A stretch of DNA of 64,000 nucleotides from an uncultured delta proteobacterium (GTDB lineage Bacteria > Desulfobacterota > Desulfobacteria > Desulfobacterales > Desulfosalsimonadaceae). Positions 10,189-19,082 of the stretch are shown here, piece by piece. The DNA lies in the NCBI GenBank assembly GCA_963826785.1, contig CAWGYD010000006.1, positions 448,001-512,000 on the forward strand. Direction: 5' to 3'. Every line of letters begins with the position of its first letter. Position 1 is the first letter of the stretch. Under the pieces are notes generated by a model. The model did no database searches. It was not told the origin of the DNA and saw nothing but the letters and a program-made list of their open reading frames with translations. The translations under genes and the position numbers were made by a program.

Positions 10189-10812
10189 TTGATGGGCCGG
10201 GGGTGTTTTTTACGGCGATACATTGCGACATTTATCGTGTCGATGTTCCTGATTGGAACCAGCGGGGGATGTTCTTCGATCCGCTCGTATTTCGAACATC
10301 CGCCCATAGAGGAGGGCACATTTCTTACCTATGATCTGCAGGGCGGGACTTACCTGGTGGTCACCTTTTCAAAGACCGGTTCAAATCAGTTCGATGCCGT
10401 TGAAACCGTGACCTTCGAAAATGAGGATCACACCGACTTCGGGTTTGATGAAGAAAACCGTCGGGTTCCGTCGGAGCAAGAAGCGGTTAAGACCATTGTG
10501 GACGGGCGGCTGAATACAAAACGGAAAACCCCCTACCAGCCCGGCCGCCTCGGTCCCCTCTGGGTGGCGCCGTCCAACGTTAAGGTCGGAGGAAGCGCCC
10601 ATGGCGCCACTTTTGCGGAAGTAAAGGAATGGAAAGGGTGGGATGTCGGCGTGGTCAGCGCCGGTTTTGGCCGGGGCGGTGCAGTCACCGGCGGCTGGTA
10701 TTATGAACGCAAGACCGGGCTGCTGGTGGGGGGATTTTTCACCACCGCAATGAGCGATGATCCGGAGGAATTTATTCTGGTGGATACCAATATCAAAAAC
10801 CTGATGCTGTAG
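10189..10812 (+). CDS. Hypothetical protein, probable lipoprotein
   Basis: GGAGG RBS; hydrophobic N-terminus ending SGGC; no family recognised. Confidence 0.65.
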   Translation: MMGRGCFLRRYIATFIVSMFLIGTSGGCSSIRSYFEHPPIEEGTFLTYDLQGGTYLVVTFSKTGSNQFDAVETVTFENEDHTDFGFDEENRRVPSEQEAVKTIVDGRLNTKRKTPYQPGRLGPLWVAPSNVKVGGSAHGATFAEVKEWKGWDVGVVSAGFGRGGAVTGGWYYERKTGLLVGGFFTTAMSDDPEEFILVDTNIKNLML

Positions 10813-10829
10813 ACAAAAGGAATATAAAG

Positions 10830-11828
10830 ATGAAAACCCGCATTACCCAACTGTTCGGCATTAAATACCCCATCCAGTGCGGCGGTATGCTGTGGATCGC
10901 CAAACCGGAACTGGCCGCCGCCATCAGCAACGCCGGGGCCATGGGAAATCTCACCTCGGGCAACTACAATTCGGCTGACGAACTGCGCGTCGCCATCGAT
11001 TACACCCGGGAGCTGACAAAAAACCCCTTTATTGTCAATATCACCACCATGCCTTCCATCCGGCTCCCCGTGGAACTGCTCCGGGAATTCTTTTCGGTGT
11101 GCTGCGAAAAGAAGGTGACCGCCATTGAAATCGCGGGTGCGCCGGTGGATTCCTTTCTGGGGGGCGAGTTTATCCCCATGGCCAAAGATGCCGGGGTGAA
11201 GGTGCTTCACAAGGTGGGAACGGTGAAGCATGCCGTACACGCCCAGAAGGTGGGTTATGACGCGGTCACCATCGCCGGTTTCGAGGAAGGCGGATTCCCC
11301 CACAAGGACAACGTCTCCACCATGGTCCTGGTCCCCCGGGTGCGGGAGTCCGTGGATATCCCGGTACTGGCCGCCGGCGGCATGGCCGACGGCAAAAGCC
11401 TGGCCGCAGCCCTGTCCCTGGGGGCCGACGGGGTGATGATGGCCACCCGGTTTCTGGCCACAAAAGAAAGCGGGGTGCATCCCAACATCTACAAGGTGCT
11501 CCTTGAAAAAGGCGAATCCGATACCGCGCTTCAGCTCCAGTCCCTGCTGGCCGGGTTCGGTCTGCAGGTGCGGGCGCTTCGAAACGACATCATGAAAAAG
11601 ATCGCCGAAGTGGAGGAAAAAGGGGGGGACCTGTCCGAACTGCTTCCCCTGATCTCCGGGGAGCGGGCAAAACAGGTCTGGAAGGACGGCAATGCCGAGG
11701 AGGCCATGCTCACCATCGGCCAGTCCGTGGGCCGCATCCGGGATATTCCCACGGTGGCGCAACTGGTCGGGCGCATGGTCGACGAAGCGCAATCCGCGTT
11801 GAAGGCCGGCTTGAGTGCATTTAGTTAA
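10830..11828 (+). CDS. Nitronate monooxygenase / FabK-like flavoprotein
   Basis: TRITQLFGIKYPIQCGGM, PVLAAGGMADG, LGADGVMMATRF. Confidence 0.9.
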   Translation: MKTRITQLFGIKYPIQCGGMLWIAKPELAAAISNAGAMGNLTSGNYNSADELRVAIDYTRELTKNPFIVNITTMPSIRLPVELLREFFSVCCEKKVTAIEIAGAPVDSFLGGEFIPMAKDAGVKVLHKVGTVKHAVHAQKVGYDAVTIAGFEEGGFPHKDNVSTMVLVPRVRESVDIPVLAAGGMADGKSLAAALSLGADGVMMATRFLATKESGVHPNIYKVLLEKGESDTALQLQSLLAGFGLQVRALRNDIMKKIAEVEEKGGDLSELLPLISGERAKQVWKDGNAEEAMLTIGQSVGRIRDIPTVAQLVGRMVDEAQSALKAGLSAFS

Positions 11829-11882
11829 AATTTAAATCGGCGGCTGCAGCTAACTTTTTCTACAGATCACCCGAGCGCATAA

Positions 11883-13358
11883 ATGCCCATTGACGCAAAT
11901 TATCCCCCGGCATGGTTTCAGACCCGCAGCCGGTGCTCCTTTTCCAATCTGCCGGTAACGTACCCGGAAGTGTTGACGGGCATTGATCCGGCCGGCGGAT
12001 ACCGCCTCGAAATCGCCAAACTGGGAGACCGGATCCTCCTGCTCAGGGCCACGGGTTTTGTCGTGGCCGCCCAGATGACCCGGACCCTGGCATTTTCCGA
12101 TGAATTTATATCCCGCAACTTTGATCCGGATATCGGGCTGGTGGTGATCGAGGATTATGCCAAAGTCAAGGGCGCAGACTTTGCGGCCCGGAAAAAGTAT
12201 TTCGACTATTTTCGAACCCGCAACTTTATCGGCGGGGTGCTGTATCACCTGGCGCCGCTGCCGAGAATCAGCTTTAACCTGGCCCGCAGGCTTCATTTCG
12301 ACCGCAAACCGGCCTACGCGGTGGATACGTATGAACAGGCAATTGCACTTGCGCTCAAAATCATTGCCCGGCATGAAAAAGATTCAATTCGCGCCCCATC
12401 CGTATCTTCAGCCACACGTCCGCTGCGGTTTTTTTCTCGTCTGCTGAACCGGTTCTATGAAATGCTGACATGCCGGTGCGCCGCGGCCTTGCTCGATTAT
12501 ATTGAATCCATCGACTGGCAGCGGGAAGGAATTAATTTCATCGACAGCCGCACATATGAAAACCGCCACTTTCGAAAGGTTTTTGACGCGATCGGCCGCA
12601 CCAAATCCGAACTTGACCTGCTGATCAAAGAGCGGCTGCAGGTGGAAAATCGGCTGCTGCAATACCAGTCAAAGCTCCAGCGGCTCTCCATCCAGCTGTC
12701 CATGACTGAAGAAAAGCAGCGGCGGGAACTGGCCTCCAGGCTGCACGAGGAGATCGGCCAGGAGCTGTTCGTGACGATCCTGCAGTTGAATGCCCTCGAA
12801 AAAAAAGTCCAAGATCATCCCGAAACGGGGGAAGCGATCAAAAAAATCAAGGATAATCAGCTGGCCATGATCAGCAGAATCCGGACGATGACTTTTGATT
12901 TGAGTCCGCCGGTCCTCTATGATCTCGGACTGAAGGAGGCGGTGGAATGCCTGGCGGACACCATCCATTCCCGGCACAATCTGCAGGTAGAGCCGCGATT
13001 TCAGGGCGATATGGAGGCCATTGCGGGCGATATGAAAATCATCCTGTACCGCAATATCAAGGAACTGGTGCATAATGCGGTCAAACACGCCCGTTCGGAT
13101 CAGGTGCGCATCGATATCCGCAGTCACGGGGGTGTTGTGGAGGTGTCGGTCAGTGATGATGGAGATGGGTTTGATACCGACCCTTCGGCTGGAAACAGTG
13201 AATCCGGCAGCGGGTATGGACTGTTCGATATCCGTGAAAAACTGAGCCATCTGGGCGGCAGGCTAAAGATTGTTTCCACCCCGGGCAACGGCACGACCGT
13301 GCACATGAAAGTGCCCCTGGCGGCAGACGATGGACTCGCGCTCAAAACCATGAACTAA
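11883..13358 (+). CDS. Cytoplasmic sensor histidine kinase, HisKA_3 (NarX/UhpB-type), unfamiliar N-terminal domain
   Basis: EEKQRRELASRLHEEIGQEL H-box, LSPPVLYDLGL, ELVHNAVKHA, DDGDGF, GYGLFDIRE, STPGNGT; no TM segment seen. Confidence 0.9.
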   Translation: MPIDANYPPAWFQTRSRCSFSNLPVTYPEVLTGIDPAGGYRLEIAKLGDRILLLRATGFVVAAQMTRTLAFSDEFISRNFDPDIGLVVIEDYAKVKGADFAARKKYFDYFRTRNFIGGVLYHLAPLPRISFNLARRLHFDRKPAYAVDTYEQAIALALKIIARHEKDSIRAPSVSSATRPLRFFSRLLNRFYEMLTCRCAAALLDYIESIDWQREGINFIDSRTYENRHFRKVFDAIGRTKSELDLLIKERLQVENRLLQYQSKLQRLSIQLSMTEEKQRRELASRLHEEIGQELFVTILQLNALEKKVQDHPETGEAIKKIKDNQLAMISRIRTMTFDLSPPVLYDLGLKEAVECLADTIHSRHNLQVEPRFQGDMEAIAGDMKIILYRNIKELVHNAVKHARSDQVRIDIRSHGGVVEVSVSDDGDGFDTDPSAGNSESGSGYGLFDIREKLSHLGGRLKIVSTPGNGTTVHMKVPLAADDGLALKTMN

Positions 13359-13364
13359 AGCCAA

Positions 13365-13394
13365 ATCGCCACACCCGAAAGCGGGCATGGCGAT
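13365..13394. terminator. Hairpin between convergent genes
   Basis: ATCGCCA-ca-CCCG-aaag-CGGG-ca-TGGCGAT. Confidence 0.55.
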
Positions 13395-13400
13395 CATTTC

Positions 13401-14420
13401 TTAGTATCGGGCGATGCCCGCCCCCCAGGTGAAACCGGAGCCGAACCCCACCATCAGGATCAGATCGCCGCGCTTGATGGTGCCGTTGACGGTGTATTCA
13501 TCCAGCAGCAGGGGGATGGTGGCCGCGGTGGTGTTGCCGTATTTATGGATATTGGCCAGCACCTTTTCTTCGGGAATGCCCATGTACTGGGCGGCCATGT
13601 CGTTGATGCGTTTGTTGGCCTGATGGGGCAGGACCCAGTCGACATCCGCAGCGGTCAGGCCCAGGTTTTCCAGGCTGGAGAGGCTCACTTCAGCCATGCG
13701 ACGCACCGCGTTGGCAAACAGGTTTTTCGGGTTGGGCATCTCCGGAAACAGGACCTGGTTTTGAGATTCATCTGAAGGGTCATAATAGACGATGGGTTTT
13801 CTGCCGATATCGAACAGGATCAGGTGAACGCCGTTTAGCGCCCCTTTTCCATCCGCGTGCACCCGGGTGCTCAGGATCATGGATTTTTCATCCACTGCCT
13901 TTGAAATCACCGCACAGGCGGCGCCGTCTCCGAACAGGACGGTGACGGCCCGGCCCCGGTCATTGTATTCCAGGGCATTGGAATGAAGTTCGGCCCCCAT
14001 CAGCAAAACGTTTTCATACATTCCCGTCTCGACAAACGCCTGGGCCATCTGCAGGCCGTAGATAAATCCGCTGCACTGCTGGCGGATGTCATAGCAGGGG
14101 ATGTGGCGCTCCGCCCATCCCAGCTTGTCCTGAAGAAACACCCCCGCACCCGGAAAATGAAAGTCAGGGCTCAGGGTCGCATAGATGATGCAGTCGATCT
14201 CCTCTTCTTTTACCGCGCCCTTGGAAAGCATGTTTTTCACCGCGCGCAGGGCCAGGTCCGAACACCGGTCTCCTTTATCGGCATAGCGGCGCTCCCGGAT
14301 GCCGGACCGCTTTTGGATCCATTCGTCGCTGGTCTCCATCAATTGGGCCAGGTCGTTATTTTTAACCACTGTGTCGGGAACATACATCCCGGTAGACCGA
14401 ATATATGCGCGATTGTTCAT
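13401..14420 (-). CDS. fabH: 3-oxoacyl-ACP synthase III family
   Basis: QQCSGF catalytic Cys, LFGDGA, PHQAN, YGNTTAATIP, GFGSGFTWG. Confidence 0.9.
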   Translation of the reverse strand: MNNRAYIRSTGMYVPDTVVKNNDLAQLMETSDEWIQKRSGIRERRYADKGDRCSDLALRAVKNMLSKGAVKEEEIDCIIYATLSPDFHFPGAGVFLQDKLGWAERHIPCYDIRQQCSGFIYGLQMAQAFVETGMYENVLLMGAELHSNALEYNDRGRAVTVLFGDGAACAVISKAVDEKSMILSTRVHADGKGALNGVHLILFDIGRKPIVYYDPSDESQNQVLFPEMPNPKNLFANAVRRMAEVSLSSLENLGLTAADVDWVLPHQANKRINDMAAQYMGIPEEKVLANIHKYGNTTAATIPLLLDEYTVNGTIKRGDLILMVGFGSGFTWGAGIARY

Positions 14421-14723
14421 CTGTTGAAATCCCTTTCCTGGTTAACCAGCCACTTCATGCCGCGATACAGATCCGTCGTTCTCCATTTTAAGGCGGTACA
14501 ATACCACAAGAAAAGACACACTGCAATTTTTCATGCAGTCCCGGAAAATTCCAATGACCAAATGCACCCCGTGCAAAAAAGCGATGCACGTTCTGGGCGG
14601 AAAGGTATGATTATATCGGGTGGACAGAAGCAGATCGGAAATTTGGAACTTCTTTCTGATGATTAATTACTTATGATATAGTAAATTGTAAAAGCATCTT
14701 CTGATCGAAGAGTTGATAATTTT

Positions 14724-15897
14724 ATGATACGAAATCAAATTATTACTATTCAACAAGGATTGATCATTGCCTGTGTTGGTTTTCTTTGCATCATCTCCGG
14801 TTTATACAAGCGATTCAAGTAAAGAGATTTTATTCCAAGCCGCGAAGGAAGGCGATGTTCAAGTTATTAAAGATCTAATGCTCAATGGCGCAAATTTTAA
14901 CGCAAAAACAGATACAGGATGGACTGCTCTGATGTTAGCGACTTGGGCAGGCCATATGAATGTTTTCAATGAATTGATTTTAAATGGCGCCGATGTAAAC
15001 GCAAAAGCAAATGATGGCGTGACTGCTTTGATGTTAGCGGCTTGTAATGGGAACGGCGATTTTGCCAGATTGCTGCTGGCCAAGGGCGCGAATCTGAATG
15101 CACAAAATAAAAATGGCATGACGGCTCTTATGTTTGCGGTTTCCTCCGGGCATGAAAATATCGTGAAAGAGCTGTTGGCTAAAGGTACGAAAGCAAATAC
15201 AAAGAACTCAGCAGGACAGACTGCTTTGATGCTTGCAGCCCTCAACGGTGATATTGATGTTGTTAGCGCGTTGACCGCAAAGGGCGCGGATGTGAACGAA
15301 AAAGATAAATTTGATGTGACCGTTCTGATGTTTGCAGCCCTTAATGGCAAGATAGAGGTTGTAAGAATGCTGATAGAAAAGGGCGCAAATATAAATTCAC
15401 AATCCAATAACGGGACATCCGCTTTGATGTATGCTGCTATGTTTGGCAACGCTATGGCCGCCAAAGAGCTAATTGCGAATGGCGCAAATATTAACGCAAA
15501 ACGGATGGATGGAAGAACCTGTTTAATGATAGGGGCTTTAAGGGGGCATAAAGAAATTGTCGAATTGCTGCTGAACGGTGATACGGATGTGAATGCAAGG
15601 ATGGATAATGGAACCACTGCCCTAATGGGGGCGGCGCAAAACGGTTACTCGGATATCGTCACATATTTAATGGCTGAGGGGGCAGATGTAAACGCAAAAC
15701 AAGATGATGGCACAACTGCCCTAATGCTTGCGGCTTTAAATGGAAAAGTGGATGTAGTCAAGGCTCTCATTTCAAATAATGCAGATGTAAATGCGAAAGA
15801 TCTTAAGGGAGAATCTGCTTTGACTATGGCCATTAAAAGTGATGTGGGAGACCACAAAGAGATTGTCGAATTATTAAAACAAGCAGGGGCAAGATGA
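14724..15897 (+). CDS. Ankyrin repeat protein (about 11 repeats), probably exported; apparent +1 frameshift near 14770
   Basis: Ten 33-aa G-x-TALM-x-A...GADVN repeats plus an N-cap. ATG 14724 gives a hydrophobic N-terminus that joins the 14767 ORF if one base is removed. Visibly AT-rich. Confidence 0.88.
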
Positions 15898-15969
15898 AAC
15901 AGAGTAAATAGTGAAGCTTGATTCCAGAGATACACCTCATCGAACCAATAAGATCACAGGAGGCCTAAA

Positions 15970-16170
15970 ATGAAAGTAAATGAAGGATTGCTTGACAGAT
16001 TGGTAAGGGTGATAGCCGCCGTTGTCATTATTTGGGCTTTTTTGACGGGCAAATTACCAGGGAATTGGGCCTTACTGCTGATTTTCAGTGGCACTTTTCT
16101 GATGACCGCTTTTACAGGATATTGCCCGCTCTATCCGGTCATCGGAATGAATACGGCAAAGCGATCGTGA
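15970..16170 (+). CDS. DUF2892 (YgaP-like) small membrane protein
   Basis: MKVNEGLLDRLVR...TGYCPLYPVIGMNT signature; AGGAGG RBS. Confidence 0.88.
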   Translation: MKVNEGLLDRLVRVIAAVVIIWAFLTGKLPGNWALLLIFSGTFLMTAFTGYCPLYPVIGMNTAKRS

Positions 16171-16395
16171 TTGGGCGGGAGAAGAACGGATTTTATGGAT
16201 AAGAACGCATCGGGCATTCCTGAGTACAGGAAAAGCCACATCAGTTCCACTCCATAGCTGAAATCTGAACGGGTAGGGCTGGGCCAGCCGGACCAAAGGC
16301 GGATATTCTCTAATCTTCTGAATCAATTCGTCTTAAACGCTTGTATGCTATTCTCAACCGATAAAATCAATATTAGCGGAGCCTTCTGTGCGCAG

Positions 16396-16605
16396 ATGAA
16401 AAGGACGACAATAATCATCATAGTTGCAAGCCTTATGCTGGCTAATCCGGTTTTAGCCTCTGAACTTGACAACAAACGACCTATGCCGTGGGCTCAACCC
16501 GTTAATCTTGATGGTGTGCCCAACCTGCATAAGGTTACCGACAATCTTTCCGAGTGGATTCAGAAGCTTGATGTAGAATCACTCAAAAAAGAGGCTGGAA
16601 TTGCG
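16396..16605 (+). pseudogene. Internally deleted exported protein-tyrosine/dual-specificity phosphatase-like gene
   Basis: Signal peptide plus RPMPWAQPV..GVPNLHKVTDNL (family N-terminus) joined directly to EWIQKLDVESLKKEAGI (family C-terminus); no CX5R core. Confidence 0.55.
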
Positions 16606-16763
16606 ATCAGCACAGAACCTCGCTGCTGCAGGGGACGGCAAAAAGCGCGTCTGCCCCGAACAGCCACTTGGGGCGCTTTGGCCCGGATGCATGCCTTTTT
16701 CGCCCCACATTATTTGAACACTGATGCCCCGCTGCGCTCCAGCTGGAACCATGATGATTAGGC

Positions 16764-16871
16764 GGCGAGCCTGCTCATTGACGAGCATCTTTCCTGCTCC
16801 AGTTCATTGGCCAGCCCCACCAGATTGTAAAATCTGGCGCGATACCCGTTTCGCACCGTCTGGGCGGTTAT
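16764..16871 (-). mobile_element. istB: IS21-family IstB helper ATPase remnant
   Basis: ITAQTVRNGYRARFYNLVGLANELEQE...SRLA resembles the IstB segment just after Walker A; no start codon, Walker A or istA. Confidence 0.6.
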
Positions 16872-16967
16872 GCAAATATAAGGGCCAACTGCAGAATGTA
16901 TCTTCAAGACCAAAATGGGTGGTTTTTCGGTGGTTATTTTTGAAATGGGGCACGCATGAAAATAAAA

Positions 16968-16997
16968 AAGGGTCACGACCTTTAGCCATAACCCTTT
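16968..16997 (-). terminator. Imperfect hairpin plus U-run downstream of tRNA-Leu
   Basis: AAGGGTCACG...CATAACCCTT preceded on + by an A-run (U-run on the minus strand). Confidence 0.5.
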
Positions 16998-17008
16998 GAT
17001 TTCTTAAA

Positions 17009-17095
17009 TGGTGCCGGAGGCGAGACTTGAACTCGCACACCCTTGCGGGCGGAGGATTTTGAGTCCTCTGCGTCTACCAATTCCACCACTCCGGC
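17009..17095 (-). tRNA. tRNA-Leu(CAA)
   Basis: Reverse complement GCCGGAG...GAGGA-CT-CAA-AA-TCCTC, long variable arm, GTTCAAGTC T-loop, CTCCGGCACCA end. Confidence 0.97.
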
Positions 17096-17106
17096 GCGTA
17101 CACAAC

Positions 17107-17135
17107 CTTATAAGGAAGATTGCATCTCATGTCAA
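17107..17135 (-). promoter_or_regulatory. Sigma-70 promoter for tRNA-Leu
   Basis: Minus strand TTGACA-17 bp-TATAAG, ending 11 bp before the tRNA 5' end. Confidence 0.7.
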
Positions 17136-17422
17136 TACATTGAAAGACAAAAACAGACCGGCCCGGGCCTGAAAATTTCAAAGGGCGCAATTTCGTATTT
17201 GATATTGCCACTTGAAGGTTCCTGTGCTAAAAAATGTCATAATTACAAGATAATGGATGGTTCCGGGCTCCGAAAATGTTTAAGGCCGTACCGGTGGTCG
17301 TCTGCTGGTATAGGGATGAGGTCTCCGGTGAAGATGATTAACCGGACATCGCTTTTTCTTCTGTCAGGACTTTTTGTTATTTAGGCCTGCATCAAAAATA
17401 TGATGAAAGCATTGATATCCTC

Positions 17423-18913
17423 GTGATGAGCCCTTTCAAGGCAAATAAACCCCCTTCTCCGGCCTGGTTCCGGCAGGCAGGCTTCTGCCGGCACTCCGGT
17501 TTGCCGGTCGCCTTTCCGGAGGTGTTTGTCAGCCCCCATGCGGACAGTTCCTACAGGGTCGAACTGGCCCGGCTGGGTGAAAAAATTCTCCTGGTCAGGG
17601 CCGCCGGATATGTCCGCTCCCACGAGATATCCGATTCCATCGAATTTACCGATGCTTTTATTTTGACCCATTTTGAAGAAAAGGGCGGGATTGTCATAAT
17701 CGAAGATTACGCCGCTGTCAAAGGAGCGGATTCCAAAGCCCGAAAAATATATTTTGATTATTTCATTAACAGCGGAATTTTTTTGGGTGGGATTATATAT
17801 AATGTCCCTCTTTTGTTCAAGATCAGCTTCAACATGGCCAAGCGGCTCCACATGAAGGCCAAGCCCGTGTACATGGCGAACACCTATGAACAGGCCCTGG
17901 ATATCGCCCTTGACCTTCTTCGAGGGGGGCCTTTGGAATCTTCTGGTGCGGCGCCGGCGGGTTCAACCGGATCGACCGGCCATATCCATCGTAGACTCAA
18001 GGTGCTGGCCCTGAACATGATGGATCGGTTTCGCATTTTGCCCACACGGCTCTATTCCGAGGCCGTGCTGGATTATATCTATTCCATCGACTGGCAGAAG
18101 GACGGCCGGAATCAGTTTGAAATCCGCGTGCCGTCAAATCAGTATTTAAAATCCGTTCTGGACGGAATCTCTTTCATCAAATCAGAAATTGATGCCCTGC
18201 TCCTTCAAAAAGATAAAGCCGAAGCGGAATTGCTCGATTATCAGTCCCGCCTGAAGAAGCTGTCGGTACAGTTATCCATGGCCGAAGAACGGCAGCGTCG
18301 GGAATTGGCCTCCCAACTGCATGAAAAAATCGGACAGGATCTGTTTGTCGCCTACATGCAGATCAGCGCCATGGAAAAATCAGGAGAGTTTGGCAAACTG
18401 GCCGAGGTCAAGGCGCATATCCAGAAAATCATCAGGGAAACCAAGACCCTCACCTTTGATCTGAGCCCTCCGGTGCTCTATGATTTTGGAATCCGGGAAG
18501 CACTGGAAAGTCTGGCCGAATCCGTAAATTCTAAATATGGGCTGGCGGTGTGGCCCCGGTTTGAAGGCGATATGGACCACCTTTCCGATGAGATCAAGAT
18601 TATCCTGTACCGGAGCATCAACGAACTCATCCATAACAGCGTAAAACATGCCCATTCCGAACAAATCCGCATTTGCATCAAAAATTGCCGGCAGTGCCTT
18701 CAGGTGGAGGTCTCAGATGACGGCAGGGGATTTGCCCTCCCATCCGCCGGGGAAGGATTCGGGCTGTTCGATATCCGGGAAAAAATGAGCCATCTGGGCG
18801 GCCACATGGAGATCCGTTCGGCACCGGGTAAAGGAACCACCGTTTGCCTCAGTGTGCCCCTGCCGGAAGCGGTTGCGGGAACTGATCGCGCCGGCAAGAC
18901 AGTCAAAATGTGA
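17423..18913 (+). CDS. Cytoplasmic HisKA_3 histidine kinase, full-length paralog of 11883..13358
   Basis: EERQRRELASQLHEKIGQDL, TFDLSPPVLYDFG, ELIHNSVKHA, DDGRGF, GFGLFDIREKMSHLGG; N-terminal domain shared with the first kinase. Confidence 0.9.
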   Translation: MMSPFKANKPPSPAWFRQAGFCRHSGLPVAFPEVFVSPHADSSYRVELARLGEKILLVRAAGYVRSHEISDSIEFTDAFILTHFEEKGGIVIIEDYAAVKGADSKARKIYFDYFINSGIFLGGIIYNVPLLFKISFNMAKRLHMKAKPVYMANTYEQALDIALDLLRGGPLESSGAAPAGSTGSTGHIHRRLKVLALNMMDRFRILPTRLYSEAVLDYIYSIDWQKDGRNQFEIRVPSNQYLKSVLDGISFIKSEIDALLLQKDKAEAELLDYQSRLKKLSVQLSMAEERQRRELASQLHEKIGQDLFVAYMQISAMEKSGEFGKLAEVKAHIQKIIRETKTLTFDLSPPVLYDFGIREALESLAESVNSKYGLAVWPRFEGDMDHLSDEIKIILYRSINELIHNSVKHAHSEQIRICIKNCRQCLQVEVSDDGRGFALPSAGEGFGLFDIREKMSHLGGHMEIRSAPGKGTTVCLSVPLPEAVAGTDRAGKTVKM

Positions 18914-18977
18914 TTTCCATTGGAATTCAGGACATACTCTTGGATGCAAAATGGAATGAGTTTGTTTGCGACAGCTT

Positions 18978-19009
18978 GACACCCCCCTGGCCCCCCTCGA
19001 GGGGGGAAT
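18978..19009. repeat. REP-like palindrome (CCCCCC-TCGA-GGGGGG type)
   Basis: GACACCCCCCTGGCCCCCCTCGAGGGGGGAAT; near-identical inverted copy at 37457-37489. Confidence 0.75.
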
Positions 19010-19082
19010 GCATTTGCTCAAATGTAATTTTTTCACCTTGACTCCCGGTTCTTGACTCCCGTTTTCTGATTTTTTTTATCCA

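Noticed and set aside
1531..11866. Shared 18-mer GCTAACTTTTTCT(T/A)CAGA at 1531 and 11849, upstream of the cyclase and the first kinase
   Set aside because: Low-complexity, non-palindromic and absent before the second kinase; could be chance.
14420..14720. att duplication of the tRNA-Leu 3' end
   Set aside because: No TGGTGCCGG-like copy found at the islet's far boundary.
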